DNA of 64,000 nucleotides. Source: Diadema antillarum (lineage: Eukaryota). The position numbers and the translations under genes are program-made. The stretch is from the NCBI RefSeq assembly GCF_040938485.1, contig NW_027272012.1, positions 124,001 to 188,000 of the forward strand, given 5' to 3'. Positions 51,801 to 63,439 of this stretch are shown piece by piece. Within the stretch, counting starts at the first letter, position 1. Every line of letters begins with the position of its first letter. The notes beneath the pieces were generated by a model, which worked only from the letters and a program-made list of their open reading frames with translations, was not told where the DNA came from and made no database searches.

Positions 51801-54800
51801 AATAATGTCGACACGCCCTCCCTTCTTGTTTCCTGCGTTGTCCTTATTTCTGTCACAACCTGATCTGTTTCCGTCGTCGCTTGTTTTTCGCTTGTTGGCT
51901 CACTCGTTTCCAATTCGGTTGATAAGACAGATGTTATATCTTTACTTAACGTATAACTGCGTTGAGTTGAAACCATTTCTTCGGTCTGATCTGTCAGTGA
52001 TGTCGATATACTGTCTGTCATTGAATCTTGAGTCGTCATTATATCTGTGGCCGTTGTCGCCTGGCTTTCACTGGTTGGCCCACTTGTTTGTAATTCAGTG
52101 ACTAGGGTATGTGTTGTAAAAAGCCTTGAAGTAAAACTGCGTTGCGTTGAAGCCATGTCTTCTGTCTGATCTGTCAATAATGTCGACACGCCCTCCTTTC
52201 TTGTTTCCTGCGTTGTCCTTATTTCTGTCACAACCTGATCCTTTGCAGTGGTCGCTTGTTTTTCGCTTGTTGGCTCACTTGTTTCAAATTCGGTTGATAA
52301 GACAGATGTTGTATCTGGACTTGATGTATAACTGCGTTGAGTTGAAACCATTTCTTCGGTCTGCTCTGTCAGTGATGTCGACATACTGTCTGTCATTGAA
52401 TCTTGAGTCGTCATTATATCTGTCTGTATGTGATCTGTGGCCGTTGTCGCCTGGCTTTCACTGGTTGGCCCACTTGTTTCTAATTCAGTGACTAGGGTAG
52501 GTGTTGTAAAAAGCCTTGAAGTAAAACTGCGTTGCGTTGAAGCCATGTCTTCTGTCTGAGCCGTCAATAATGTCGACACGCCCTCCTTTCTTGTTTCCTG
52601 CGTTGCCATTCTTTCTGTCATTACCTGATCTGTTGCAGTGGTCGCTTGTTTTTCGCTTGTTGGCTCACTTGTTTCAAATTCGGTTGATAAGACAGATGTT
52701 GTATCTGGACTTGATGTATAACTGCGTTGAATTGAAACCATTTCTTCGGTCTGATCTGTCAGTGATGTCGATATACGGTCTGTAATTGAATCTTGAGTCG
52801 TCATTATATCTGTCTGTATGTGATCTGTGGCCGTTGTCGCCTGGCTTTCACTGGTTGGCCCACTTGTTTGTAATTCAGTGACTAAGGTAGTTGTTGTACC
52901 AATACGTGTTGTAAGGCTGCGTTGCGTTGAAGCCATGTCTTCTGTCTGATCTGTCAATAATGTCGACACGCCCTCCCTTCTTGTTTCCTGCGTTGTCCTT
53001 ATTTCTGTCACAACCTGATCTGTTTCCGTCGTCGCTTGTTTTTCGCTTGTTGGCTCACTCGTTTCCAATTCGGTTGATAAGACAGATGTTATATCTTTAC
53101 TTAACGTATAACTGCGTTGAGTTGAAACCATTTCTTCGGTCTGATCTGTCAGTGATGTCGATATACTGTCTGTCATTGAATCTTGAGTCGTCATTATATC
53201 TGTGGCCGTTGTCGCCTGGCTTTCACTGGTTGGCCCACTTGTTTGTAATTCAGTGACTAGGGTAGGTGATGTACCAATACGTGTTGTAAGGCTGCGTTGC
53301 GTTGAAGCCATGTCTTCTGTCTGATCTGTCAATAATGTCGACACGCCCTCCTTTCTCGTTTCCTGCGTTGTCCTTATTTCTGTCACAACCTGATCCTTTG
53401 CAGTGGTCGCTTGTTTTTCGCTTGTTGGCTCACTTGTTTCAAATTCGGTTGATAAGACAGATGTTGTATCTGGACTTGATGTATAACTGCGTTGAGTTGA
53501 AACCATTTCTTCGGTCTGCTCTGTCAGTGATGTCGATATACTGTCTGTAATTGAATCTTGAGTCGTCATTATATCTGTCTGTATGTGATCTGTGGCCGTT
53601 GTCGCCTGGCTTTCACTGGTTGGCCCACTTGTTTGTAATTCAGTGACTAGGGTAGGTGTTGTAAAAAGCCTTGAAGTAAAACTGCGTTGCGTTGAAGCCA
53701 TGTCTTCTGTCTGATCTGTCAATAATGTCGACACGCCCTCCTTTCTTGTTTCCTGCGTTGTCCTTATTTCTGTCACAACCTGATCCTTTGCAGTGGTCGC
53801 TTGTTTTTCGCTTGTTGGCTCACTTGTTTCAAATTCGGTTGATAAGACAGATGTTGTATCTGGACTTGATGTATAACTGCGTTGAGTTGAAACCATTTCT
53901 TCGGTCTGATCTGTCAGTGATGTCGATATACTGTCTGTAATTGAATCTTGAGTCGTCATTATATCTGTCTGTATGTGATCTGTGGCCGTTGTCGCCTGGC
54001 TTTCACTGGTTGGCCCACTTGTTTGTAATTCAGTGACTAGGGTAGGTGTTGTAAAAAGCCTTGAAGTAAAACTGCGTTGCGTTGAAGCCATGTCTTCTGT
54101 CTGATCTGTCAATAATGTCGACACGCCCTCCTTTCTTGTTTCCTGCGTTGTCCTTATTTCTGTCACAACCTGATCCTTTGCAGTGGTCGCTTGTTTTTCG
54201 CTTGTTGGCTCACTTGTTTCAAATTCGGTTGATAAGACAGATGTTGTATCTGGACTTGATGTATAACTGCGTTGAGTTGAAACCATTTCTTCGGTCTGAT
54301 CTGTCAGTGATGTCGATATACTGTCTGTAATTGAATCTTGAGTCGTCATTATATCTGTCTGTATGTGATCTGTGGCCGTTGTCGCCTGGCTTTCACTGGT
54401 TGGCCCACTTGTTTGTAATTCAGTGACTAGGGTAGGTGTTGTAAAAAGCCTTGAAGTAAAACTGCGTTGCGTTGAAGCCATGTCTTCTGTCTGATCTGTC
54501 AATAATGTCGACACGCCCTCCTTTCTTGTTTCCTGCGTTGTCCTTATTTCTGTCACAACCTGATCCTTTGCAGTGGTCGCTTGTTTTTCGCTTGTTGGCT
54601 CACTTGTTTCAAATTCGGTTGATAAGACAGATGTTGTATCTGGACTTGATGTATAACTGCGTTGAGTTGAAACCATTTCTTCGGTCTGATCTGTCAGTGA
54701 TGTCGATATACTGTCTGTAATTGAATCTTGAGTCGTCATTATATCTGTCTGTATGTGATCTGTGGCCGTTGTCGCCTGGCTTTCACTGGTTGGCCCACTT

Positions 54801-57800
54801 GTTTGTAATTCAGTGACTAAGGTAGGTGATGTACCAATACGTGTTGTAAGGCTGCGTTGCGTTGAAGCCATGTCCTCTGTCTGATCTGTCAATAATGTCG
54901 ACAAATCCTCCTTTGTTGTTTCCTGCGTTGCCATTCTTTCTGTCTCTACCTGATCTGTTGCCATGGTCACTTGGGTTTTGCTTGTTGGCTCACTTGTTTC
55001 ATATTCGGTTGGTAAGACAGATGTTATATCTTTACTTAACGTAAAACTGCGCTGAGTTGAAACCATTTCTTCGGTCCGATCTGTCAGTGATGTCGATATA
55101 CTGTCTGTAATTGAATCTTGAGTCGTCATTATTTTTGTCTCTATGTGATCTGTGGCCAATGTCGCTTGGCTTTCACTTGTTGGCCCACTTGTTTGTAATT
55201 CAGTGACTAGGGTAGGTGTTGTATAAAGCCTTGACGTAAAACTGCGTTGAGTTGAAACCATTTCTTCAGTCCGATCTGTCAGTGATGTCGATATACTGTC
55301 TGTCATTGAATCCTGAGTCGTCATTTTTTCTGTCTCTATTTGATCTGTGGTCGTTGTCGCCGGGCTTTCAATTGTTGACCCACCTGTTTGTAATTCAGTG
55401 ACTAAGGCAGGTGTTGTACCAATACGTGTTGTTATGCTGAGTCGCGTTAAAGCAATGTCCTCTGTCTGATCTGTCGATAATGTCGACACATCCGTTGTTG
55501 TTGTGTCCTGCGTTGTCATTATTTCTGTCTCTACCTGATCTGTTGCCGTGGTTGCTTGTTTTTCTCTTGTTGGCTCACCTGTTCCAAGTTCGGTGTCTAA
55601 GACAGGTGTTGTAACAAGACGTGTGGTAGAGCTGCGTTGCGTTGAGGCCATATCCTCCGTCTGGTCTGTCAATGAAGTCGATACACTTTGTTGCTCTGTT
55701 TCTTGAGTCGTCATAATTTTTGTCTCTACTTGATTCGTGACTGTTGTCGATTGGCTTTCACTAGTCGCCTCACCTGTTTTGAATTCGGTGAATAAAGCAG
55801 ATGTTGTTTCTTGACGGGTTGTAAAGCTACCTTGAGTTGAGGTCGTTGGTTGCGTTTCGTCCGTCAATGCGGTAGACACACTTTCTTTCGTTGATTCTTG
55901 AGTAGTTGTTATTTCTGTTTCTACCTGATCTGTGACTGTTCTTGATGGGATATCACTAGTTGGTTCACTTGTTTCCAATTCAGTTAGTAAGGTAGGTGTA
56001 GTAGCAAGATTTGTTGAAAGCTGAGTCGTCATCATTTCTGTGTCTACCTGATTCGTGACTGTTGTCGATTGGCTTTCACTAGTCGCCTCACTAGTTTTGA
56101 ATTCAGTGATTGAAGCAGATGTTGCATCTTGACGGGTTTTAATACTACGTTGAGCTGAGGTTATTAGAGACATTTCGTCCGTAGATGAAGTTGACTCACT
56201 TTGTTTTGTTCTTTCTTGAGACGTCATAAAATCTGTTTCTGCCTGATTCGTGACTTTAGTCGCTTGACTGCCACTCGTTGGCTTACTTGTTTCGCTTGTT
56301 GAAACAGATGTGAGCACACTTTGTGTCGTAAGGCCAAGTTGTGTTAATGATTCTGTTTGGACATAATCTGTCACTGACGTTGAAAAATCTTGTCCTATTG
56401 ATTCCTTGGAAGTTGTTGTTTCTCTCCCGGTCTGTTCTGTGACCATTGAGGTTTGGGAATCCCGATTTGCTTCACTTACTTCTGTTGTTTGGACTGTTAC
56501 TGCTGTTACCACATATGCAAGGATATGAATAGAATACCATATTACAGTGATGAAATATATATCTATTCAGCACATGGTAACAACAAGAGCAATGGTAATG
56601 GCTGTCAGGCAGTGATACAAAGCATTACTTCAAATATTGACATAAGAATACGTCGTAATGTTATATTTTCATTGTGCCTTTGACAACAAAACTAATAATA
56701 ACGAAAACGAAGCATTATTCAGAGTAAAGCTGATAGCCAGACATATATATGCATACAATGTATGTATATCACATCNNNNNNNNNNNNNNNNNNNNNNNNN
56801 NNNNNNNNNNNNNNNNNNNNNNNNNNNNNNNNNNNNNNNNNNNNNNNNNNNNNNNNNNNNNNNNNNNNNNNNNNNNNNNNNNNNNNNNNNNNNNNNNNNN
56901 NNNNNNNNNNNNNNNNNNNNNNNNNNNNNNNNNNNNNNNNNNNNNNNNNNNNNNNNNNNNNNNNNNNNNNNNNNNNNNNNNNNNNNNNNNNNNNNNNNNN
57001 NNNNNNNNGCAACAAAATTTGTATACGTGGTCGCCATTTGATAGCGCAAAGCGGCCACTGACAGGCAGAGCCTTATAGATGCTGGTCTGCGTATGGAGCT
57101 GCTAGGTAGGAACCAAAGAGATTTTACACCCATAAGATCTCTATAGTTTGAACTTTCTTTTTTCTTCCTCTTTTCTTTACTGCGTAGAGTCCTAGTTGTA
57201 GCCGGTGTTTCACTATGCCATATGCGACTGTCGACAACATGCATATCATAATGTATGTTGGTCCATTAAAGAGTGTGATTCCTATAACGAGAAAGGAACT
57301 GAATATTCAAGCATTTCATCACTAACAATGGAGCTATACAGGTAAAAGTTCATCACTGCTCATTCTTTTCAATTAAACCGATGTATAACCGTATACAGAC
57401 TTAAGACCACAAAGATGCCAAAGAGGGAAAAAAGAGACTGACGGAAATTTAGCAATTATAATCCTTCAACCGTCAAAGACAACCTTAATTAGGTTATTGT
57501 GACATGAGATAAAGCGCGAATGATGTATTTTTTTCTTGATATTAAAGGACAAGTTCACCTTCATAAACATAAGGATTGAGAAAATGCAACAATATTAGTA
57601 GAACACATCAGTGAAAGTTTGAGGAAAATTGGACAATCGATGCAGAAGTTATGAATTTTTTAAATTTTTGTGTTGGAACCGCTGGATGAGGAGACTACTA
57701 CAGCTTGTGAGTCATATACGTACAACAGTATAAAGAAAATGTAAAAGAAAATTCAACATATTTTCACTTTTTTCGTATAATAAAAGAGCACTTGACTTGC

Positions 57801-60261
57801 CTCTTTCTAAAGGCAGGGGGAATAATATTACCCATAACATTTGTCGGTAACAAGTCAGGGGAATGTGTACTTTTTTCAAAAGATGGAATTTTGTGAAATT
57901 CTCTTTATGTTTTCCTTATATTGTTGTACGCATGTGACATCTAAGTTATTCATACACTGCAGTAGTCTTCTCATCCAGCGGGTACTGCACAAAAACTTCA
58001 AAAATTCATAACTTTTGAACGGATTGTCTGATTTTCCTCAAACTTTCAATGATGTGTTCTACTAATATTGCTACATTCTCTCAATCCTTATGTTTATGAA
58101 GGTGAACTTGTCCTTTAAAGAAGGAAATCTGATGAAGATTTCAACGTGCGTGGAACAACAGTTCCGGAGTTACACAGCCATGACAAACTTACCAACAAAG
58201 TATAGTTTTTGTACATCATTACTACCACAAACTTACCAACAAAGTATGGTTTTCGTACATCATTACTANNNNNNNNNNNNNNNNNNNNNNNNNNNNNNNN
58301 NNNNNNNNNNNNNNNNNNNNNNNNNNNNNNNNNNNNNNNNNNNNNNNNNNNNNNNNNNNNNNNNNNNNNNNNNNNNNNNNNNNNNNNNNNNNNNNNNNNN
58401 NNNNNNNNNNNNNNNNNNNNCCTATGCTATTCTGTTTATTTGATTATACGTAGCTAATGTAGGCATTCTGGTTACTGGATAGGGAGATGGGAATTATTTC
58501 CACCTCCCTGGTTATACTAACCTGATGCTAAAAGACTCCGGCCAACTCGATTGTGGTGTGAATCTGTCGAGGAAGGAAATAATGAATCACCGGTCTTAGT
58601 GAAAAAAAAACAACAACTATTTTGTAATTCTGATGTGTTTATTAATTATCTGCCAGGCAATTGGTGCAACATGTGTATATCAGATTCAGTATATTCAGTA
58701 ACTCTTTTGACGTAAAGATGTGCGCTTCGTACAACTGTATCAGAACAAAAGAGATTTACTACAAGAAATGTATACTATATGTACTTGCTATTTATTGGTG
58801 CGCGTTTGTATCAGCACTACACTAAATGTTATCAGGAATCTGATATGAAGTAGCTGGAACATTCTGTCGAATGAACGTTACGAATGCGATGTCAATTTTG
58901 GTATCTACTAAACACTGCTCAAGCAGCTTTTTAACCAGTGGCCGCCATGTGTCCTCAAAAAAAAAGAAAGAAATTGTATACAATCTGACTTATATGCAAC
59001 TGGGCTCACAAAACTTTGTAGGAGCCAATGTGGGCCTCGGGGAAAAAAAGATTGAGTCAGCGCTGTGCGCACTGAATGGAAAATATTGTTTGCGTTATGA
59101 CCACGTACAGACGTAGGCCTACTGCCAGAGTCGGAGACGCTACTTATATTTTTATTTTCTATTAGGACATTGTCTCTTGGCTTGTGTATATAACACTAAG
59201 AGTCTTCGGTCACCTCGTCTAGAACGATGAATCAAAATGTAATGTATGTCTACTTTGTTACCTCTCTCGCCGGCTGCGGCATGACATGACGGGAAATTTG
59301 CAGGGCGCCACCCTCCGTCATCGCACTGTGCTTCGGACGGACCAAGGAGTACCTGCTGCGTGCTGGAGCAGAAGAGTTCAACCCTGTCTCCATGGTTGTA
59401 CCACCCCGGGGAGTCGGCCAGGGGATAAACACTCACACCGTCTTCGTCCAAACTTGGAGGCAGTCTGCATTTGGCTGCATCAGCCATTGGTTGCGAGAAA
59501 GCAAAAGAACGGTTGTTCAGCATACTGTCACTACATCGTTTGATTTCCATTGTTTGCAATATCAACAGGAGATACTGAAGGTTAATTTCGTAGTAATAGA
59601 AGAGGTAAAAGTGCGACCACTTTAACGAAACTGGTACTTAACAATGCTTTAAAAAAAATGAATGACATCAAGCTGCCATGGGCTTACAAGTGTCGCTGTC
59701 ACCTACAGGCGAATTCTCTTCTCTGAATAAAAAACAACAACTCACAACTGGTATTTGCTGTAATTTGCAAGTAAAGATGAACTCTTAAAACCATCACTCA
59801 TTTACTAAATCCTCAGTCATTTCAGGGTATGACCGATGTCCCTCTACTTTGCTGTGCACTGCAAGCCATTTTCTTTTTTGGGTGTAATCATGGCAGGATC
59901 ATTTCATTTTTCTGTAAATTCAAGTGAGAATAAAGCATGATGACTCGTATCGAAAGTTTTGCCCACAAATCTCCCAAACAGTCTCGTATCACCATTAAAA
60001 CTCTTTGTTTACTGGTGCATTTTGGCCTCCCCATCCACATCCATCCCTTTAACTCATTTTCTTGGTGTCCGCCCTCACCATAACAGACGAAATTTAAAGG
60101 ATCGGGTGCCCATGTTCCGTTCCCCGTGCACGTGCTCGTCGAAGACCCAGAAGAGGTGAAACGACTCGTGTCATTGCAAGAAAGCTTGACTACGTTTGTC
60201 CTGTTCGTCAGTGGCGCCACGCGAACTCTTGATGGGTCGCTCAGTGAGATGGAACTACAGG
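32683..60261 (-). CDS. Giant type-I transmembrane mucin: Sushi x2, T/S/E-rich repeats, EGF, SEA, EGF, TM, cytoplasmic tail; at least 5,813 aa, 5'-incomplete
   Basis: Phase-consistent GT-AG exons, 5' to 3': 60261-60079 (Sushi), 59474-59262 (Sushi), 56502-40714 (repeats), 39939-39826 (EGF-like), 39055-38928 and 38195-37970 (SEA, FKQGSIIVDY), 37499-37356 (EGF), 36600-36529 (Thr stalk), 35442-35212 (TM), 34496-34300, 33357-33241, 32712-32683 (FESLPQTYL*). Total 17,444 nt. No signal-peptide exon was found. Confidence 0.88.
34685..35120. mobile_element. Foldback MITE built from CCCACGAGTCATACAG-type subrepeats, in a mucin intron
   Basis: The left CACGAGCCCGACACCCACGAGTCATA mirrors the right TATGACTCGTAGCGTTGTCGGACTCGTG. 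Multiple CCCAYGAG on the left and CTCRTGGG on the right. TSD not resolved. Confidence 0.65.
35212..35442 (-). CDS. Mucin transmembrane exon (SWEILVIVFSIVGFFFCVLVVFVIAACVRRQMGC...)
   Basis: About 25 hydrophobic residues followed by an RR stop-transfer. Acceptor cacctgtag, donor G|GTACAA, phase 1-1. Confidence 0.9.
36838..36880. repeat. (AT)n microsatellite
   Basis: Pure AT run read directly from the sequence. Confidence 0.95.
37030..37300. repeat. Purine-rich (GA/GAA) low-complexity tract
   Basis: Almost exclusively A/G on the plus strand. It generates spurious F/S/L-rich ORFs on the minus strand. Confidence 0.8.
37356..39939 (-). CDS. Mucin EGF-SEA-EGF module (4 exons)
   Basis: AYCGVKCVEDNEVCIEDKSGGFCACWQGYERVNGKCN, then VVSYMMQVKIV...YSDPTSEIFKVLESEFCNS|LKEMY...FKQGSIIVDYAIGF, then HDECLTGLADCHPDANCSDTGTRGYTCSCPP...GRYCT. 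Confidence 0.9.
38298..38600. repeat. MITE-like repeat with TTCGGATTAACGAA subrepeats
   Basis: Repeated TTCGGATTAA/TTCGGAAT motifs, with inverted TTAATCCGAA on the left. Ends not resolved. Confidence 0.45.
40714..56502 (-). CDS. Single 15,789-bp mucin-repeat exon (5,263 codons)
   Basis: Uninterrupted frame (ORF track 40574-56512), trimmed to acceptor ...gtaacag|CA at 56502 and donor AGC G|GTTCGT at 40714. Phase 1-1, length divisible by 3. Confidence 0.9.
41770..42930 (-). repeat. Second coding tandem array: 3 x 387 bp (129 aa)
   Basis: Shadow ORFs at 41964, 42351 and 42738. The unit SLPEETQPMTST...TTSALITEFETSEATSGSQST differs from the main array. Confidence 0.9.
43740..54960 (-). repeat. 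Homogenised coding tandem array: about 29 units of 390 bp (2 x 195 bp), with 375-, 351- and 387-bp variants
   Basis: Antisense shadow ORFs recur at 390-bp steps (53302, 53692, 54082, 54472, 54862), at a 375 step (48712 to 49087) and as 351-bp units (46811 to 47162). Confidence 0.95.
56776..57008. other. Assembly gap (N run)
   Basis: N characters. Confidence 1.
57546..58114. mobile_element. TTAA-flanked MITE with long (~170-bp) TIRs (Kolobok-like)
   Basis: TTAA|AGGACAAGTTCACCTTCATAAACATAAGGATTGAGA...TCTCAATCCTTATGTTTATGAAGGTGAACTTGTCCT|TTAA. Inverted similarity continues inward (AATATTAGTAGAACACATCA / TGATGTGTTCTACTAATATT; CGCTGGATGAG / CTCATCCAGCG). Confidence 0.9.
58180..58268. repeat. ~44-bp tandem repeat running into an assembly gap
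   Basis: CAAACTTACCAACAAAGTATRGTTTTYGTACATCATTACTA occurs twice before the Ns. Confidence 0.75.
58269..58420. other. Assembly gap (N run)
   Basis: N characters. Confidence 1.
59262..60261 (-). CDS. Two Sushi/CCP domain exons of the mucin gene
   Basis: CSSISLSDP...KLSCNDTSRF...STCTGNGTWAPDPLNFVCY and KCRLPP...YNHGDRVELFCSSTQQVLLGPSEAQCDDGGWRPANFPSCH. Both show the C-C-C-W-C pattern and are phase 1-1 exons. Confidence 0.88.
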
Positions 60262-60819
60262 CTTTGAGGAGAGCAAAATAGAATTTGGAGTTAGATACTA
60301 CATTTTGTGATCGTAAAGACTCGATCAAGAGTAGTTCACACTTAAATACCTTCCGTCGACAAACTTCCAAAAAGTAGATTTACTTTATCGATAAAGAGTA
60401 ACTTAACTTACCCCTATGGGTGTAGCAATTGCCCTTTACCCCCCCCCCCCCCCCCCTTCACCCCCATCCCCTTTCTCTGAGGACATACTTTCTGGATGTA
60501 CGCTTATCTATTTTGATTGTAAAATCCGCCAAGAGTAGAGTGACCTGGTATAGCTTGGAACGTTTTTATCTCTATATTCATGTAAATAATCAGTAAATAA
60601 AAATTAGCTAGCAGTCCGTCCATTCAGGGTCAAGTCAAACTGATACTTGAAGAAGAAATTCTCGAAACATACTTGTTATATGAATACCAGGAATTAGCGA
60701 AAAATATGTTTGTTAGTCACCAGGATGCGGTCTTCTGGTTTCGATTCGAAGTTGCACCTGGAGCTACAATGCACGTAGCAGGTCTCATAAAGAAGTCTGT
60801 GAGATCATGGACGTACTAA

Positions 60820-61246
60820 ACATGGACTAGAAACGAAGGTCTTTCTTTGATCCCATCATCACTGCCGCCACCTGATGATGTGCATCTAATGAGTACATGT
60901 ACATTCAGATGGTTTGGACAATGACGATTGTGCAATCTTGCGTCGCATTTACAAAAAAAAAAAAAAAAAAAAAAAAACTGTTTCCCTCATTGCAGCCTTA
61001 TTTTGCCGAGGTGTCTTTTCAGACTCAACTGCCTTTGTATAAACACCAATGAAAAGGAGCAGCAAACCCGAAACATGACAGTTTCCTGTCACAAAATGGA
61101 AAATTACTGAAGTGGAATTTGTGGACAAGCATGTAACATGGTATAATGATAGGAAATACATGTCGTCTACGGTTACTGTCCATGCTTACTCTGAACAATG
61201 TGCGAAAAATGGGGAAAATTAGATTACAAATCAAAACCAACCTGCC
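60820..61246 (+). repeat. Dispersed repeat, copy 2 (homologous to 6112-6538)
   Basis: See copy 1. It carries a poly-A expansion at about 60953-60977. Confidence 0.85.
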
Positions 61247-63439
61247 AAAATAATTGCTTTCTCTTGTAAAGTACGCGCATTTCGCAAATGAAATAAGCAT
61301 TACTTGAGCGATGATTTTCCAATGTACACTACGTTTTACTGCGCATGCATTTTTCTTGATTTAAGAGAATTACTATCTTCTGCGCATGCAGTTTTTTTTT
61401 AATGACAGAAACAGGTGCATGAATTAATTAACGAGCGATGAAAGTCCATAATGTAGTCGGTCCATGGTGATTTATTAAGGAATGAGAGTTACTACTCTCG
61501 TTAGACGTGGAAATTCTTCCCCGGGTCCATCCTATCTCCACGTTTGCAAGGGGTGGGTGGGAGATTTCTTTGCAAATAATTGTCAGAAATGAAATGAAAT
61601 ATCAGGGGAAACAATACGTATTGTGTGCATGATGTCGGGAATCTTACTCTTGTGCAATTACCGTATTGTGCAATTGTCAATATTGACGAATCGCTTGAAT
61701 CCTGCCAGATGACGTAATCATGTTCAAGGAATGGAATACAATTATTCTGTTATTGAGACTGAATAAATTTACCAGTTTCTTTCCTTTTTCTGCTGTAAAC
61801 GCCAAAACTGTTCTGTCACTTCCAGTGATACATTACGAAGAAGGGAAATAGTCTCTGAGTGACATTTTGTACCAAAATTGAGATACACAAGGCTGATCAC
61901 GAGACAAATTAATTTTTAATGGGGATACAGAAGGCTGATCACGAGATGAATTAATCCTAATCATGCCTAATCAACCCTAATCGACCGTAATTGGTGTCTG
62001 AATATCAACAGTTGTATGCGTGGATATGACTATTAATACAGTAGTCACTGACTGACTGGCAAAATGACAAAGTCATTGGCAATGTAGCATTAATGGGCCA
62101 TGCGAAATGTGTGAAGCTTCTCATATCCGCACTGTCGGCAGCCGTCCATCTTGACTCCCATACTTTTCTGTTCACAGCTATGGGGGAAAGCAAAGAACAG
62201 AACCAACACTCGCACAAACCGCGCACCGACACATCGATTTCGTGTTTGCACGAGGCGGCTACATAGACAAATTTACCTATGATATATCAACGCGTGTCAC
62301 AGAGACGCCGCAAAGTTGGAGGGTTTGACAAGAATGAAAAGGTTAAGTGGTAGCCACTTGTTAATCGCTTTGATTGCTGCCATTATTGGATAAATACATG
62401 TATGTATGGAATAGGCATCGGCTCCAACTACCGAAATGACTTATAACACAAGAAAGTGGCCAGAGTTACTAGGAGTATATAGGTTAATAAACTCCTCAAA
62501 CAAAATTGCATGACGAATGCTGGATTTTGACAGACGATTTCCTTTGTCAGCCGCATATCGCACTACAGGCGCATGCAATTTAATGATGAAATGATCAATG
62601 ACTTTATCTGTAAACATTCAAAATTGGCGTCTGCCAGTACAGATATGAATGAATAATGTACAAAGAAATATTGTCACACCGACACAATAGAAAGAGGTAA
62701 CGCCCATTCATGACAAACAAACATACATATTTGATTTCATATTTCAAAAAAAAAAAGAAAGAAAAAAGGCAATGAATGTGTGGGAAATGAATAATGCTAC
62801 TGCGGGGGGGGGGGGGGGGGGGGAGTTGAAGTAACCGAAAAAAGCCATCGATTCCAGTGTGGCTATATTTGAAACGAACCTTTTTAGTGCTAGCGTTGAG
62901 AACTACAAATCTTTATAGTCCTAATGTCATTCCCGCCAATGTCCTCTGATGTATGGTAATCATTTCATATTTGATTAGCGAATTGCATTTTCTTCGCTGT
63001 TTCAATACTTTAAACAACCGTTAAAAGCTTGTATGTTATATTGCCTCTTAAGTATATCAACCATCCGATCAACCAACCAACCAACCAACCAAACAAACAA
63101 AAGCAAGACAGCGCTCATAAATGACGAATTAATTACTCCATATAAAGGAACGCAGTTTGTTCTCGCAAACCTCGAGGTAGCAATAATGGTTTATCCCTTT
63201 TTGCTACTTGCAGGTCTCTCATTTGTAATAGCCACCATGTTTGATCCAAAGATGATGCATACAACATCAAACCAAGGAGGTTCTCAGCTCGTGCACCTTA
63301 AACACAATATCCCCATGCAGACAATAACTCACGTCAAAATTTCAGAGATAAAACCAATTTTATGCCCCACAAAAGCAGCTAAAGATAAACAAAACAAATT
63401 CCAATGTTGTCTATTCTTCTTCTTCTGGAAGTGATAACA

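Noticed and set aside
43801-55044. About 25 plus-strand ORFs MKPCLLSDLSIMSTRPPFLFP...
   Set aside because: These are antisense shadows of the mucin repeat exon. They recur with the repeat period, start at TTG and have no independent signals.
56658-58457. ORFs containing X runs
   Set aside because: Artefacts of translating through assembly gaps.
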